Of a DNA stretch of 64,000 bases, positions 31,215 through 41,122 are shown one piece after another. Positions within the stretch are counted from its first letter, which is position 1. Every line of letters begins with the position of its first letter. Source of the DNA: Candidatus Undinarchaeales archaeon (GTDB lineage Archaea; SpSt-1190; JASMDC01); assembly GCA_030753015.1 (NCBI GenBank), contig JASMDC010000006.1, positions 80,563 through 144,562 of the forward strand, written 5' to 3'. Made by a program: the position numbers and the translations under genes. The notes below the pieces were generated by a model. It ran no database searches and was not told where the DNA came from. It was given only the letters and a program-made list of their open reading frames with translations.

Positions 31215-32774
31215 ATGAGCACTATTGCTTCGTTCCCTCTTGCGACCGGTGCGCCAGTGGTCTGTTTCGTGGTCGGATCCCTCCTCCTGCTCGCCCTTGT
31301 GCGGTGCCGACGCTATATCGCCGACGACCTCCGCTCGAGCTCCCGACGCATCAGGATCGCAGTGCTCTGCGCTCTTGGCCTGTTCGTGTACCTCGTCACC
31401 TTCCAGGTAGGCCAATTCCATCGTGAGATCATCGACGAGTACTGGTTCGTGGAGTGGGCCCGGAACCTCACCCTCGGTGAGGGATTCGTGGACTGTTGGT
31501 ATGTAGGGCTGGACGAGATGGTCTGTCGTCCCCTGACGGACATGCCCGCCTGGCCGACGGCGATCGCAACCGTTTCCGCCCTGACAGGTGTAGGGAGCTG
31601 GACGGCCATCCGACTTTCTATCTTCTGTGGGCTGGCTGCTGTCGTCCTCACGTTTCTTGTAGGACGGGCGCTCTTCGGAGACCTGGCTGGGCTCGTCGCC
31701 GCCGCCTTTCTGGCCGTGAATCCTGTCCACCTGATATGGAGCGCCACCGCTGCCAGCAACGCCTTCGCTCTGGCCCTCGTACTCCTTGCCGTGTACCTCG
31801 CCCTCCTATACATGCGCTCGCACGAACCATGGCTCTTGGCCGCATGCACGTTGGCCCTCTGCATCAGTCTCCTCTCCCGGGTTGAATATGCTCTATTCAT
31901 CGTTCCCTTGGTAATGCTTCTCCGCGCGGAAGGCGCATGGCCTCCACGACGCCACTGGCGGTATGCCATCCTCCCCCTTGCCCTCGTGGCCCTCGTCTAC
32001 CTACCCATGGTGAGAATGATGGCCGGTCATCCTAAGAACGTGGTGTACACGGGCGATCTGCTGTGGAACCAATCGATCCAGTACCTGTTCAAGGTGGCAA
32101 TCGGATTCTACATACCCCTCCCGGCCGTGATCCTCGTCCTGTCGGCCCTCCTCTTGGTTGGCAAGGCCGAACGGCGTTCGGTGCTAGCCCTTGGTGCATG
32201 GTTCCTCGTATTCTTCCTATTCTACAACACCTGGCTCTCCGAAGGTCAGGATCGTCTCTTCCTCCTCACGCTTGTCCCCCTCTTCCTCCTGGCGGGCCTT
32301 GGTGTGCAGTCACTGAGGGGCCGTATTGGGATTCACGAGTTGGTGACGCTGGCGGTCTGTCTCCTTTTCGCTATCGGTCCCCTAGACACTCTTTCCCGAG
32401 GCGAGGAGGGCCCAGGCTCATTGTCATGGAACGCTCTCGCCACGCGACTTGTTAATGATTGGCCCTTCGATGGTGACTGCTATATTGTCACCGCGGATCC
32501 CTCGCTCTATATGGCCACAGGCGTAGCCAGGGCGGTCCCAGCCCGGGCCGTACTGGACGATCCTACCTTGGTGCGTAGACTGGTCGACTCGGGAGTATGT
32601 GTGCGCCTAGCGCGTAACGTCGGGAGTTCGGACGAAACCGAAATGGCGCTGTTGACATCCACGCTTCAAGGGCAGGGGTATTCACTCATCGAGATGGAAG
32701 CGATCGGTGTACCCGGAGCGAACATGACCCTCTACGCGCCTCTTGCGGGACGCGTACGCTCTCTATCCGTGTGA
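31215..32774 (+). CDS. Multi-pass membrane glycosyltransferase-like protein (GT-C / PMT-ArnT type)
   Basis: About 12 hydrophobic segments, luminal DE (IIDEYW), AAAFLAVNP.H..WS, SRVE, DRLFL..VP; GGGAGGG RBS. Confidence 0.7.
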   Translation: MSTIASFPLATGAPVVCFVVGSLLLLALVRCRRYIADDLRSSSRRIRIAVLCALGLFVYLVTFQVGQFHREIIDEYWFVEWARNLTLGEGFVDCWYVGLDEMVCRPLTDMPAWPTAIATVSALTGVGSWTAIRLSIFCGLAAVVLTFLVGRALFGDLAGLVAAAFLAVNPVHLIWSATAASNAFALALVLLAVYLALLYMRSHEPWLLAACTLALCISLLSRVEYALFIVPLVMLLRAEGAWPPRRHWRYAILPLALVALVYLPMVRMMAGHPKNVVYTGDLLWNQSIQYLFKVAIGFYIPLPAVILVLSALLLVGKAERRSVLALGAWFLVFFLFYNTWLSEGQDRLFLLTLVPLFLLAGLGVQSLRGRIGIHELVTLAVCLLFAIGPLDTLSRGEEGPGSLSWNALATRLVNDWPFDGDCYIVTADPSLYMATGVARAVPARAVLDDPTLVRRLVDSGVCVRLARNVGSSDETEMALLTSTLQGQGYSLIEMEAIGVPGANMTLYAPLAGRVRSLSV

Positions 32775-32817
32775 CGGGGGCGTCCTACTTGGGCCCGATC
32801 CCGACCTTAACTTCCGT

Positions 32818-34530
32818 TCACGAAGAGGATGCTAGGTACGGCCCGATGGCCAGGAAATCGATGGCTCCCTCCGTAAAGGTGCGTACGGCACCGGCAGGAT
32901 CGTACACCATGGGTGCCTCATGGAGGTTGAAGCTGGTATTGATCAGGACGGGCAGGCCCGTGTTCTCCTCGTAGAGCCCGAGCAGTCGATGGAGCCGGGG
33001 CGTGGTTTTTGCTGACACGATCTGGGGCCGTGCCGTGCCATCAACGTGTACGGCACCAGGGCAGTGCTTGCGCATCCATGGAGTGCAGTTCAAGGTGATG
33101 GTCATTGTGGTCGCCGGGAGCTCGGCACCGGTGATGTCGCCGAAGCATTGCTCGACCCGCTCCTCGAGCACGAGCGGGGCGAAGGGCATGAACTCTGTGC
33201 GATTGAGGCGATCGTTGAGCCAATCGAGCACGGCCTCGTCGGTTGCGTGGACCAGGATGCTTCGGTTCCCGAGCGCCCGTGGCCCCCATTCAGCTCGACC
33301 ATGGAACCGCCCAACCACCTTCCCCTCAGCTAGGAGCTTTGCCACCTCTGCCTCCAGGTCCGCAGGACGATTGTATGGGACATGGGCACCTTCGAGAGCC
33401 GACCGCACCTCGTTGTCAGTGAACCCTCTCCCCAGGTAGAGGTCGTCCAGGGGCGCTGACGCGGGACGGGCACAGGCGAGGGCAGCTCCTACGGCAAGCC
33501 CTCCGTCGCCCATGTGTGGGTGTACGAACACCGAGTCCACGCCCTCAAGCTCCCAGAGCCGCTGGTTGAGCCGCACATTAGCGAACACTCCGCCAGCCAG
33601 TGCGAGATGGGACAGGCCCGTCCGCCCGACCCATTGGGCTACTAGCTCGGTCATCCGCTCCTCGATGTGGTGCTGTACCCATGCGGCCACATCCTCACGG
33701 TGATAACCAGCGAACATGCGCTCGAGCTCGGGCACCCCGGCCCATCCCCATCGTCCCAAATAGGTACCGGAGTCCGTGAAGGGGAAGGGGACGTCAACAG
33801 CTTTCCAGTCACCTTGTGCGGAGAGGCCCAGGATCTTGCCCTCGTGGCGGTGGGGGAGGAAGCCGAGCCATTGGGTTATCGCGGAATAGAACATACCAAA
33901 GGAGTCGATCCCTTTCATGGCATCGAGCCGTTCGATACGACCGTCGGCGCAGCGGTTCACTGTCAGCGAGTACCCGTCCCCCAGGCCGTCGGCGGTGATA
34001 CCCAGGACGGGATCATGCCCCGACAGGAAATAGGCCCCTGCGATATGGGCCACGTGGTGATCTATGGGGACGAGGGGCCGGTCCCTGATCGGTCGGGGAA
34101 GGTCCTTGCGCATCAAAGCAGGGACCGTGCGGGCGAGGAGACCCCCGCCCCATGATCCGGGATCGATGATGTTGAGCCCAAAACGGTCCTGGACGAAGTC
34201 GGACAGGAAGGGGACGAGCCCTCCTGAACTTGAGGCGCGGACATCGCCCTCCATGGCCTGGAACCGGCGGACCAGGCGTGCGTAAGGGGGAGGGGTGAGG
34301 ATGCCACCGACAGCGATAACGTCCACATCGGAGTAGGTGAGCTCCGATATATCGAGCACCTCGTCGAGCGACCGCTTGGGGAATCCTCCCTGCAGCTTCT
34401 TTTGTGTGAGACGCTCCTCGTTGACGGCTGCCAGAATGGTCCCGTCCTTTACAATACAGGCGCCGCAGTCGTTCTGACTGTCCACCAGTCCGAGTACGAC
34501 TCCCTTGCGCCAAGAGGATTCAGAGCCCAT
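32818..34530 (-). CDS. Carbamoyltransferase (NodU/CmcH family)
   Basis: AAVNEERL, DHHVAH, DGLGD, HEGKILGL, AGGVFANV, MGDGG, GPRALGNRS, MPFAP, HVDGTARPQ, NTSFN. Confidence 0.93.
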   Translation of the reverse strand: MGSESSWRKGVVLGLVDSQNDCGACIVKDGTILAAVNEERLTQKKLQGGFPKRSLDEVLDISELTYSDVDVIAVGGILTPPPYARLVRRFQAMEGDVRASSSGGLVPFLSDFVQDRFGLNIIDPGSWGGGLLARTVPALMRKDLPRPIRDRPLVPIDHHVAHIAGAYFLSGHDPVLGITADGLGDGYSLTVNRCADGRIERLDAMKGIDSFGMFYSAITQWLGFLPHRHEGKILGLSAQGDWKAVDVPFPFTDSGTYLGRWGWAGVPELERMFAGYHREDVAAWVQHHIEERMTELVAQWVGRTGLSHLALAGGVFANVRLNQRLWELEGVDSVFVHPHMGDGGLAVGAALACARPASAPLDDLYLGRGFTDNEVRSALEGAHVPYNRPADLEAEVAKLLAEGKVVGRFHGRAEWGPRALGNRSILVHATDEAVLDWLNDRLNRTEFMPFAPLVLEERVEQCFGDITGAELPATTMTITLNCTPWMRKHCPGAVHVDGTARPQIVSAKTTPRLHRLLGLYEENTGLPVLINTSFNLHEAPMVYDPAGAVRTFTEGAIDFLAIGPYLASSS

Positions 34531-34645
34531 GTTCTGATCGCAATCCAGCAATCAAGTGATAAAAGAGTTGCGTTCATGGTCACCCAGGGTACGTGACCTG
34601 GACCGATATGCTATCTTCGATCCCGGGATGATTCCGTTTGGATCG

Positions 34646-35458
34646 TTACTCCTTGGTCTTCACTTCTTCGACCACGACCTCGCGCATGGGACGGCCGGTG
34701 CCGCCTCTGAACACGTTCAGCATCTCGGCGAATATGGCCACTGTGATCTCATAGGGCGACTCGGCGCCAACGTCCAGACCAATGGGGGCACGGACCTTCG
34801 CTATGGCCTCCTCGGAGACACCATCCCTACGCAGGCGCTTGAGCGCAGTGCGCGCCTTGTTCCTGCTCCCGATCATCCCGATGTACCCTGCATCGGACTC
34901 TACGGCGGTCCTGAGGCAGGTAAAGTCGTGGGCATGCCCGTGGGTGACGATCACGACAGCGCACATGGGATCCAGGGGTATGGTCGGGACCGTCTCGGTG
35001 TATGGGCCGCAGAAGAGCCGCTCGGCCTGGGGGAACCGCTCCTCGTTGCAGAAATCGGGTCTATCATCGGCCACCCATACGGGGATGCCCATCTTGTCTC
35101 CCATGTCCGCGAGCGCCGCCCCGATGTGGCCGCCGCCGCAGATGACAAGCCTGATGACAGGGCCGTGCGTTTCGATGAACACCGTAACCTTACCGCCGCA
35201 CACCATTCCCTGCTTTGAGAGGTCGACGTCTATCGTTTCCGTGACCCGATGCTTCATCAGATGCTTGGCCTTGCCGTGCACGTACTTCTCAACCGCGCCA
35301 CCGCCGATGCTCCCGACGATGGAACCGTCAGCGCGCACGATCATCTTGCTGCCGATGTGACGGGGGCTGGAGCCCTCCGATGCTGTGATGGTGGCTACAG
35401 CGAACACCTCTCCCGCATCAGCCAGACGGCTCATCTCAGCGAGCAGCTTGTCGACCAT
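34646..35458 (-). CDS. XdhC/CoxI family Mo-enzyme maturation factor
   Basis: GSSPR..GSKM, GSIGGG.VE, MVCGG, GGGHIG, DDRP, THGH..D, YIGMIGS, APIGLDVGAESP.EI. Confidence 0.92.
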   Translation of the reverse strand: MVDKLLAEMSRLADAGEVFAVATITASEGSSPRHIGSKMIVRADGSIVGSIGGGAVEKYVHGKAKHLMKHRVTETIDVDLSKQGMVCGGKVTVFIETHGPVIRLVICGGGHIGAALADMGDKMGIPVWVADDRPDFCNEERFPQAERLFCGPYTETVPTIPLDPMCAVVIVTHGHAHDFTCLRTAVESDAGYIGMIGSRNKARTALKRLRRDGVSEEAIAKVRAPIGLDVGAESPYEITVAIFAEMLNVFRGGTGRPMREVVVEEVKTKE

Positions 35459-35531
35459 GTCATTCGTCCATATTCAATTCTTTTTTTATCTTCGTCCCTA
35501 TCGGGCCTGCCTGTTTTCGCACGGACGTCCT

Positions 35532-36530
35532 CTAATCATTGAGGGATCGCAGGACCTCGCCGGGAGGGAACACGCCCTGCTCGGTGATGATTGCAGTTAT
35601 CAGTCGTGCGGGTGTGATATCGAAAGCGTAGTTATAAGCGCGGGCGCCGGGCGGTGCGATGGGAGTCCCCAGTACCGCGAGCACCTCATTCTCATCGCGC
35701 TCCTCGATGACTATGTCTTCTGCTGAGGCCGTTTCCGGATCGATGGTGGATGTGGGGGCCGCCACGTAGAATGGGATGCCGTTATCCTGGGCCGCAAGGG
35801 CGACCATATAGGTCCCTACCTTATTGGCAACATCGCCGTTGGCTGCGATGCGGTCGGCGCCCACCACGACCTTCTGGACCATCCCGCGACGCATGAGAAG
35901 GCCGGAGGCCCCGTCCGGGATGAGCCTGGCCGGGATCCCGTCCTCCATGAGCTCGAACATCGTGAGCCGGGCACCCTGGAGCCGGGGCCGGGTCTCGTCG
36001 GCGACCACTTTGATGCGCTTCCCCGCCTCGATCGCTGCCCGGATGACCCCCAGGGCCGTACCGTACCCTCCAGTGGCCAGTGCGCCAGCGTTGCAGTGGG
36101 TGAGCACGGTATCCCCGTCCTCAAGCAGGGCGGAGCCATGGTGTCCCAGAGCGCGGTTGCGGGCGATGTCCTCTTCGAGGAGACGCTGCGCCTCCGCCAG
36201 GGCTCGTACCGCGACCTCCTCGTCGGGGACGTTGCGGACCGCGTTCTCTACTCGCTGCACACCCCAGGCGAGGTTGATCGCAGTAGGGCGTGTTCGCAGA
36301 AGGCGTTCTCGTGCGCAGGCGAGGGCCTTGCGGGGCTCGTCCTCGCGAGCTGCCAAGGCCATACTGAATGCTGCAGCGACACCGATAGCAGGCGCCCCAC
36401 GCACGGCCATACCCTCGATGGCGCAAGCGAGCTCCTCGACGGTCTTACATTTGAGCGTGCAACGCTCGAAAGGGAGCAGTCGTTGGTCGATAAGTTCGAT
36501 AGAGTCATCTGCCCAGCGAACGGTGAACAC
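35532..36530 (-). CDS. mtnA: 5-methylthioribose-1-phosphate isomerase (eIF-2B-like family)
   Basis: IDQRLLP, VRGAPAIG, TRPTAINL, THCNAGALAT, ETRP, GADRI, NKVGTY. GTG 36530 is about 25 nt below a TTTTTAA box; the ORF extends to 36551. Confidence 0.92.
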   Translation of the reverse strand: MFTVRWADDSIELIDQRLLPFERCTLKCKTVEELACAIEGMAVRGAPAIGVAAAFSMALAAREDEPRKALACARERLLRTRPTAINLAWGVQRVENAVRNVPDEEVAVRALAEAQRLLEEDIARNRALGHHGSALLEDGDTVLTHCNAGALATGGYGTALGVIRAAIEAGKRIKVVADETRPRLQGARLTMFELMEDGIPARLIPDGASGLLMRRGMVQKVVVGADRIAANGDVANKVGTYMVALAAQDNGIPFYVAAPTSTIDPETASAEDIVIEERDENEVLAVLGTPIAPPGARAYNYAFDITPARLITAIITEQGVFPPGEVLRSLND

Positions 36531-36596
36531 ATGCTCGTGGACAGCATTCAACGTTAAAAATCGTTCGCTGGCGCCTGAGGGGAAGTGTCAGCGGCG

Positions 36597-36716
36597 CTAG
36601 AACAGGGAAGCGAACTCCCCATAATCGGGCTCGTTAGCCGGCCCGTGGACCTCGGGTAGCTGGGCGAGGTCCATGCCCTCCCGAAGTTCCTCTGATAGGA
36701 TTACGTCAACGTGCAT
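36597..36716 (-). CDS. Putative 39-aa acidic small protein
   Basis: MHVDVILSEELREGMDLAQLPEVHGPANEPDYGEFASLF; GGGGT 7 nt upstream; TTTTTTTAAA box near 36750-36759. Confidence 0.4.
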   Translation of the reverse strand: MHVDVILSEELREGMDLAQLPEVHGPANEPDYGEFASLF

Positions 36717-36867
36717 TCCATACCCCGAGGTTGGGGGTTTTGTTTCCCCTTTAAAAAAATATCGTAAAAATGCCCCCAAACGGGAGTCTTACCCGGAGGA
36801 ACGGAGGGTCTGGGCACCTTGTGCGATACCCTTATTAATCATGGCTGTCGATTGACCGAGGGCAGTT

Positions 36868-37431
36868 ATGGGAGAGGTCGTCGCGTTCGTGGAGCTGATG
36901 GGGAACTACAACTCCCTCCGCGAGACCGTGGACCTCCTCAAGGAGCAGGAGCACTGTGCTGCGGTGCTCGCGGTCACCGGACCGTACGACTACCTTGTTG
37001 AAGTGCGGTGTCAGAGCATCTGGCAGCTGACCAAGGTGCTCGACCGCCTCACGAACTTCCCCTGGGTCACCCGCTCCCGGTCCTCGGTGGTAAAGGAGGT
37101 CGTGAAGGAGCCGTCGGACTTTACGTTCATCGAGCCCTCGGATGCTGACCAGAAGCAGATGCTCAAGTCCCATCTCATCGCCACCGTGTCGATCAATGTC
37201 CGGACAGGGATGACCAAGCCCCTCGCATCACGGCTCAAGAAAGTACCACAGGTCGCTCGGGCGTACGTGGTCACCGGGGAGCACGACCTCTTGGCATCCA
37301 TCGACTGCGGGTCCATGCTGGACTTCGCCGAGTTCCTTGACACGGTGCACGAGTACGAGTACGTCAAGTCCACGAACACGGCCTTCATGGTCCGGGCCGG
37401 CCGGATGTTGCAGCCGAGCGACACGTCCTGA
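36868..37431 (+). CDS. Lrp/AsnC ligand-binding (RAM) tandem-domain protein without HTH
   Basis: Two repeats of the VTGxYD/HD motif (VTGPYDYLV, VTGEHDLLA), each ending in S/T-x-T/S strands; no N-terminal HTH. Confidence 0.82.
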   Translation: MGEVVAFVELMGNYNSLRETVDLLKEQEHCAAVLAVTGPYDYLVEVRCQSIWQLTKVLDRLTNFPWVTRSRSSVVKEVVKEPSDFTFIEPSDADQKQMLKSHLIATVSINVRTGMTKPLASRLKKVPQVARAYVVTGEHDLLASIDCGSMLDFAEFLDTVHEYEYVKSTNTAFMVRAGRMLQPSDTS

Positions 37432-37451
37432 GGGCGCAACGGGGGGAGACC

Positions 37452-38405
37452 ATGTCCCCGCGAATCCGTGACATAGCGACAGTTATCCTGTGCCTGTTCC
37501 TCTGCGGATGCTTCTCCTCGGTCCCTGAGGATACTCCGTCGCCCGCGGACGGGACGTTCATGGTCGGAGGACATACCTACAGGTTCGTCCAGGGAACCCT
37601 CGTCCAGGATGACCGCGACAATGACAGTATCGCTGTGGTCGGTGTGGCATGCGATCTGCACGGGAACGGGACCACCGCAACTGCCCTGGCGGCCCGATTC
37701 AAGGACGCTGGTGTTGACATCGTGCTGGTGTGCGGCGATATCTGTGATCATTACCGTGATCCGGGACCGGACGACGCGGAGATGGAACGGGTGCTTGCGC
37801 CCTTCCTAGCGACCAGCATGCTCGTGCTGACCATCCCCGGGAACCACGAGCAGATCCCTGTGTACGACGCGGTCATGACCCGCATGGCGACAGCGAATCC
37901 GAACCTCGTGAACATGCTCACTGTACCCGTGGCTAAGTTGGATGACATTTCCATCGTGGCGCTGGGCGGGTACCACGACCAGCGCTTCATCCCGGCCAGC
38001 GGTCGCCTTCTGGGGGACGAGGACTACACAGTGGCGGTGCGTCGGACCACGGGCCTTCCCCTGCCTCGGCTCTTCCTCACTCATGGGCCTCCCCGGTCAG
38101 CGCGGGAGGGTGGCGTCGACCAAGTCACCGGCGGTTCCCATGTTGGCGACCCGCGTCTCAATGAAGTGTTCGAGCAGGGCGGGTTCAACGTTCACGTGTT
38201 CGGTCATATCCATGAAGCGGGCGGACGGGCAGAAACGCCAGAGGGCGATCCTGTCCCCCCGGACACTCCGGTGGCGCGGCTCCTGCTCAACGCGGCACCG
38301 GGCTCCCCCTGGACCCTCCTTGATGGCTCGCACACACCTGGCCAGGCGATGATCGTACGGATGGGGAACAGCACGACATCGTACCGAATCATCAGCGCGT
38401 CCTGA
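37452..38405 (+). CDS. Calcineurin-like metallophosphoesterase, probable lipoprotein
   Basis: N-terminal LFLCGC lipobox-like segment; DLHG, GDI, PGNHE, THGPP, FGHIHE. Confidence 0.88.
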   Translation: MSPRIRDIATVILCLFLCGCFSSVPEDTPSPADGTFMVGGHTYRFVQGTLVQDDRDNDSIAVVGVACDLHGNGTTATALAARFKDAGVDIVLVCGDICDHYRDPGPDDAEMERVLAPFLATSMLVLTIPGNHEQIPVYDAVMTRMATANPNLVNMLTVPVAKLDDISIVALGGYHDQRFIPASGRLLGDEDYTVAVRRTTGLPLPRLFLTHGPPRSAREGGVDQVTGGSHVGDPRLNEVFEQGGFNVHVFGHIHEAGGRAETPEGDPVPPDTPVARLLLNAAPGSPWTLLDGSHTPGQAMIVRMGNSTTSYRIISAS

Positions 38406-38516
38406 TCCGGGATCCGCCGGAGCGCCCAAACGGAGTGAACTACCCCTCTCCAAGTAAAGGGGCTTCCCGCCGTAACAAAAAAAGAGTTAAAAGCTTGATG
38501 ACGCGTCATCGACCAA

Positions 38517-39767
38517 ATGGTGCTCCCCATCCCTCGTCAAGGCGTGAGCATGACCCTTGCCGAGGCTGTGCGGGCGGTGACCTCGATCCCATTCTCCTCC
38601 TTTATGGAGGGCGAAGCGTTGGCGCGCTTCGAGGAGGCCTTCGCCCGGTACCTTCACGCGGAGCATGCCGTGGCAGTGGCCTCGGGCAGGTACGCCTTTC
38701 AGTTGGTGATGGATGCTATCGGGTTCACACGGAAGGACGAGGTCATCTTCCCGTCCCTCACCATCCCGGTCATGCCCAACGTAGCTATGTGGTCTGCCGC
38801 CGTGCGGTTCGCTGACGTATCGCTGGAGAACTATACGCTCGATCCAACAGCAGCAGCTGACGCGGTCACACCGAGGACGAGGGCGATCGTCCCCACACAT
38901 CTTTATGGGTGTCCGTGCGATATGGGGTCGCTGGGTGACCTGGCCGAGGACCGCGGTCTCGTGATGATCGAGGACTGTGCCCATGCCACGGGTGCACTGT
39001 ACAAGGGTCGCCAGGTCGGTACCCAAGGAGTGGCTTCAATATTCTCCATGGCGACCGGCAAGACCCCCATGGCCTTTGGTGGTGGCATTATCACCACGGA
39101 CGACGGCGCGATCGATCATGCCGTGCGCGAGGCAGTAGCAAAGGAAGTGCGACCTTCGAGAACACGGACCACCAAGGCGGTGCTCAAGGACACTGCTGTC
39201 TGGGCCCTTACTCGCCAACCCCTGTTCAGCCTGTCAGTGTTCCCTGCCCTGGCCCTCTCCTCCGCCCTGGGGTCGCTCTCGGGCTCTGCGGCAACCGATC
39301 CCTTCGCCGAGGAGGAGCGTCGGCTCGAGACACTGCCCGCCGGTTCCCGTGGCAATCTCACCAATGTACAGGCCGTCAAGGGCCTTAGCGGGCTTGACCA
39401 CCTCGATGAGGAGCTGTCCCGGCGCCGGGCGAACGCCCACGCGCTAGACCGCGAGCTCGCCGACATACCTGCGCTCACTCTCCCTGGGGCACCCCGGAAC
39501 GCTGAGCACGCATACCATGGGTACTGCAGCCGTGTCAAGGACCGAGCCGGTTTCATGAAGCGTATGCTCCGACGCGGCGTGGACACGCGGGCGACCCCCA
39601 TGATGGCATGTGGATCCCTGTCGATGTTCGGTGGCGCCACGGGAAGGTGCCCGACGGCCGAGGTGTTGGCTCGGGAGCTGGTCCACCTGCCCGTTCACCC
39701 GCCGCTGGGCAAGCCTGAGATGGCCGCCGTTGCCCGGGCCGCCCGGTACGTGACGGAAGGCCGCTGA
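38517..39767 (+). CDS. DegT/DnrJ/EryC1/StrS sugar aminotransferase
   Basis: SGRYA, PTHLYG, IEDCAHA, FSMATGKT (PLP Lys), GGG, LPVHP. Confidence 0.88.
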   Translation: MVLPIPRQGVSMTLAEAVRAVTSIPFSSFMEGEALARFEEAFARYLHAEHAVAVASGRYAFQLVMDAIGFTRKDEVIFPSLTIPVMPNVAMWSAAVRFADVSLENYTLDPTAAADAVTPRTRAIVPTHLYGCPCDMGSLGDLAEDRGLVMIEDCAHATGALYKGRQVGTQGVASIFSMATGKTPMAFGGGIITTDDGAIDHAVREAVAKEVRPSRTRTTKAVLKDTAVWALTRQPLFSLSVFPALALSSALGSLSGSAATDPFAEEERRLETLPAGSRGNLTNVQAVKGLSGLDHLDEELSRRRANAHALDRELADIPALTLPGAPRNAEHAYHGYCSRVKDRAGFMKRMLRRGVDTRATPMMACGSLSMFGGATGRCPTAEVLARELVHLPVHPPLGKPEMAAVARAARYVTEGR

Positions 39768-40997
39768 TCACTCCTCTTCGCGGAAGAGGTGCTCCTCGCC
39801 TGCCAGGATGCTGGCCGCGCGCTCGCCCTCCAGCTCCGCCTTGGTCTTCTCGGTATTGGAGCCGCTGTAGATGGCGCCGATGTTGCCGGCAATGCCCATG
39901 TACTGGCCCAGCCCGAAGATGAGCGAGGACGCTGTGGCGACGGTGCCGCCGGCGATACCCAGAGCAATCGCCTTGAATGCGCCGCCGATGGACATCTTGC
40001 GCTTCTTGGTAAAGGAGCTGACACCGTAGGACACGAGCCCCAGCCCGCCGAACTGTACGCCATTGCGGACGTACTGGCCATACTCACCAAGGAGCTCGAG
40101 GCTCTCTGCGTCCTCGGGGGCCACCTCGATACGGGCTTGGGCGATGGCCTCACGGATCTCGTCCATGTGGGCGCCAGGGTTCTTCAGGGCCTCGGTTATG
40201 TCAGGCAGCTTCTCATGATCGTATAGGAGTAGCTTGCCCATGGAGTCGTAGTCCTTGATGTTGCCCGTGATCGCCAGGGCATCGCTGAGCTGGCTGAACG
40301 GGTGCCCTGCATCGAAGGAATGGATGTAGTTCTCGGAGTAGGGCCCGATGTAGTTGTTGGTCGGGTCGACGATGAGATACTGTACGCCCTCTTCGGTCTG
40401 GACGGGGACCTCGGCCCAGGCATGGCCCACGCCGCGAGATATGCCCGTGCGGATGACGGCAGGTATGCCCTGCTCCCGGGCGATAGCTGTGAAGAGGTTG
40501 GCGTGCTCGGCGCACACACCGGTGCCGTCCTGGAATGTCTCGGCGGCGGTCTCGGGGACGTTGACGTCGTAGATCCCCAAATAGTAGCCGTTCATACCGA
40601 TGTGCTCCTTGACGTACTCGGAGTCGGCCACGATGGTCTCGAGCACGGTGTCCTCCTCGAGCTGGGCGGCCACATCCTCCATCTCATCGGTGACCGCAAG
40701 ATAACCGGTGGTCTCGGTGAGCTCCGCGTAACCGCTGGTGTCCACGACACTGTCGAGTTCCTCCCAAGAATCCTCCTCCTTGAGCGAGGTGTAGTCGAAG
40801 CCCTTCTCCTCCACCTTCTGCTCGGACACCTCGGGATCCCGGTCCAGGAGCGCGGTGAGCGCGTACCCGGCAGCGAAGAGCCCGCCGAGCAGCATGACCT
40901 TGCTCACGTCACCGTTGTTCAAATCATCATTGATGACGTACCCGTCCGCACCCTCGGCAGCGGCGGAACCGTCGCTCTCAAGATCATATCCGACCAT
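39768..40997 (-). CDS. Membrane-anchored transglutaminase-like (Cys-His-Asp) domain protein
   Basis: GVCAEHAN, GHAWAEV and VDPTN triad; one N-terminal and two or three C-terminal hydrophobic segments; very acidic. Confidence 0.8.
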   Translation of the reverse strand: MVGYDLESDGSAAAEGADGYVINDDLNNGDVSKVMLLGGLFAAGYALTALLDRDPEVSEQKVEEKGFDYTSLKEEDSWEELDSVVDTSGYAELTETTGYLAVTDEMEDVAAQLEEDTVLETIVADSEYVKEHIGMNGYYLGIYDVNVPETAAETFQDGTGVCAEHANLFTAIAREQGIPAVIRTGISRGVGHAWAEVPVQTEEGVQYLIVDPTNNYIGPYSENYIHSFDAGHPFSQLSDALAITGNIKDYDSMGKLLLYDHEKLPDITEALKNPGAHMDEIREAIAQARIEVAPEDAESLELLGEYGQYVRNGVQFGGLGLVSYGVSSFTKKRKMSIGGAFKAIALGIAGGTVATASSLIFGLGQYMGIAGNIGAIYSGSNTEKTKAELEGERAASILAGEEHLFREEE

Positions 40998-41122
40998 TGA
41001 TACCTACACCTGTCGCGGCGAGCCCTCCCCGCAGGTTAAAAATCTTTCGGCGGGGCTAAATCGTGCGTTAGCGTGCCACGCAGGAAATCATTATAAGGTT
41101 TGGCGGCGGGTCGAGACTTGCG

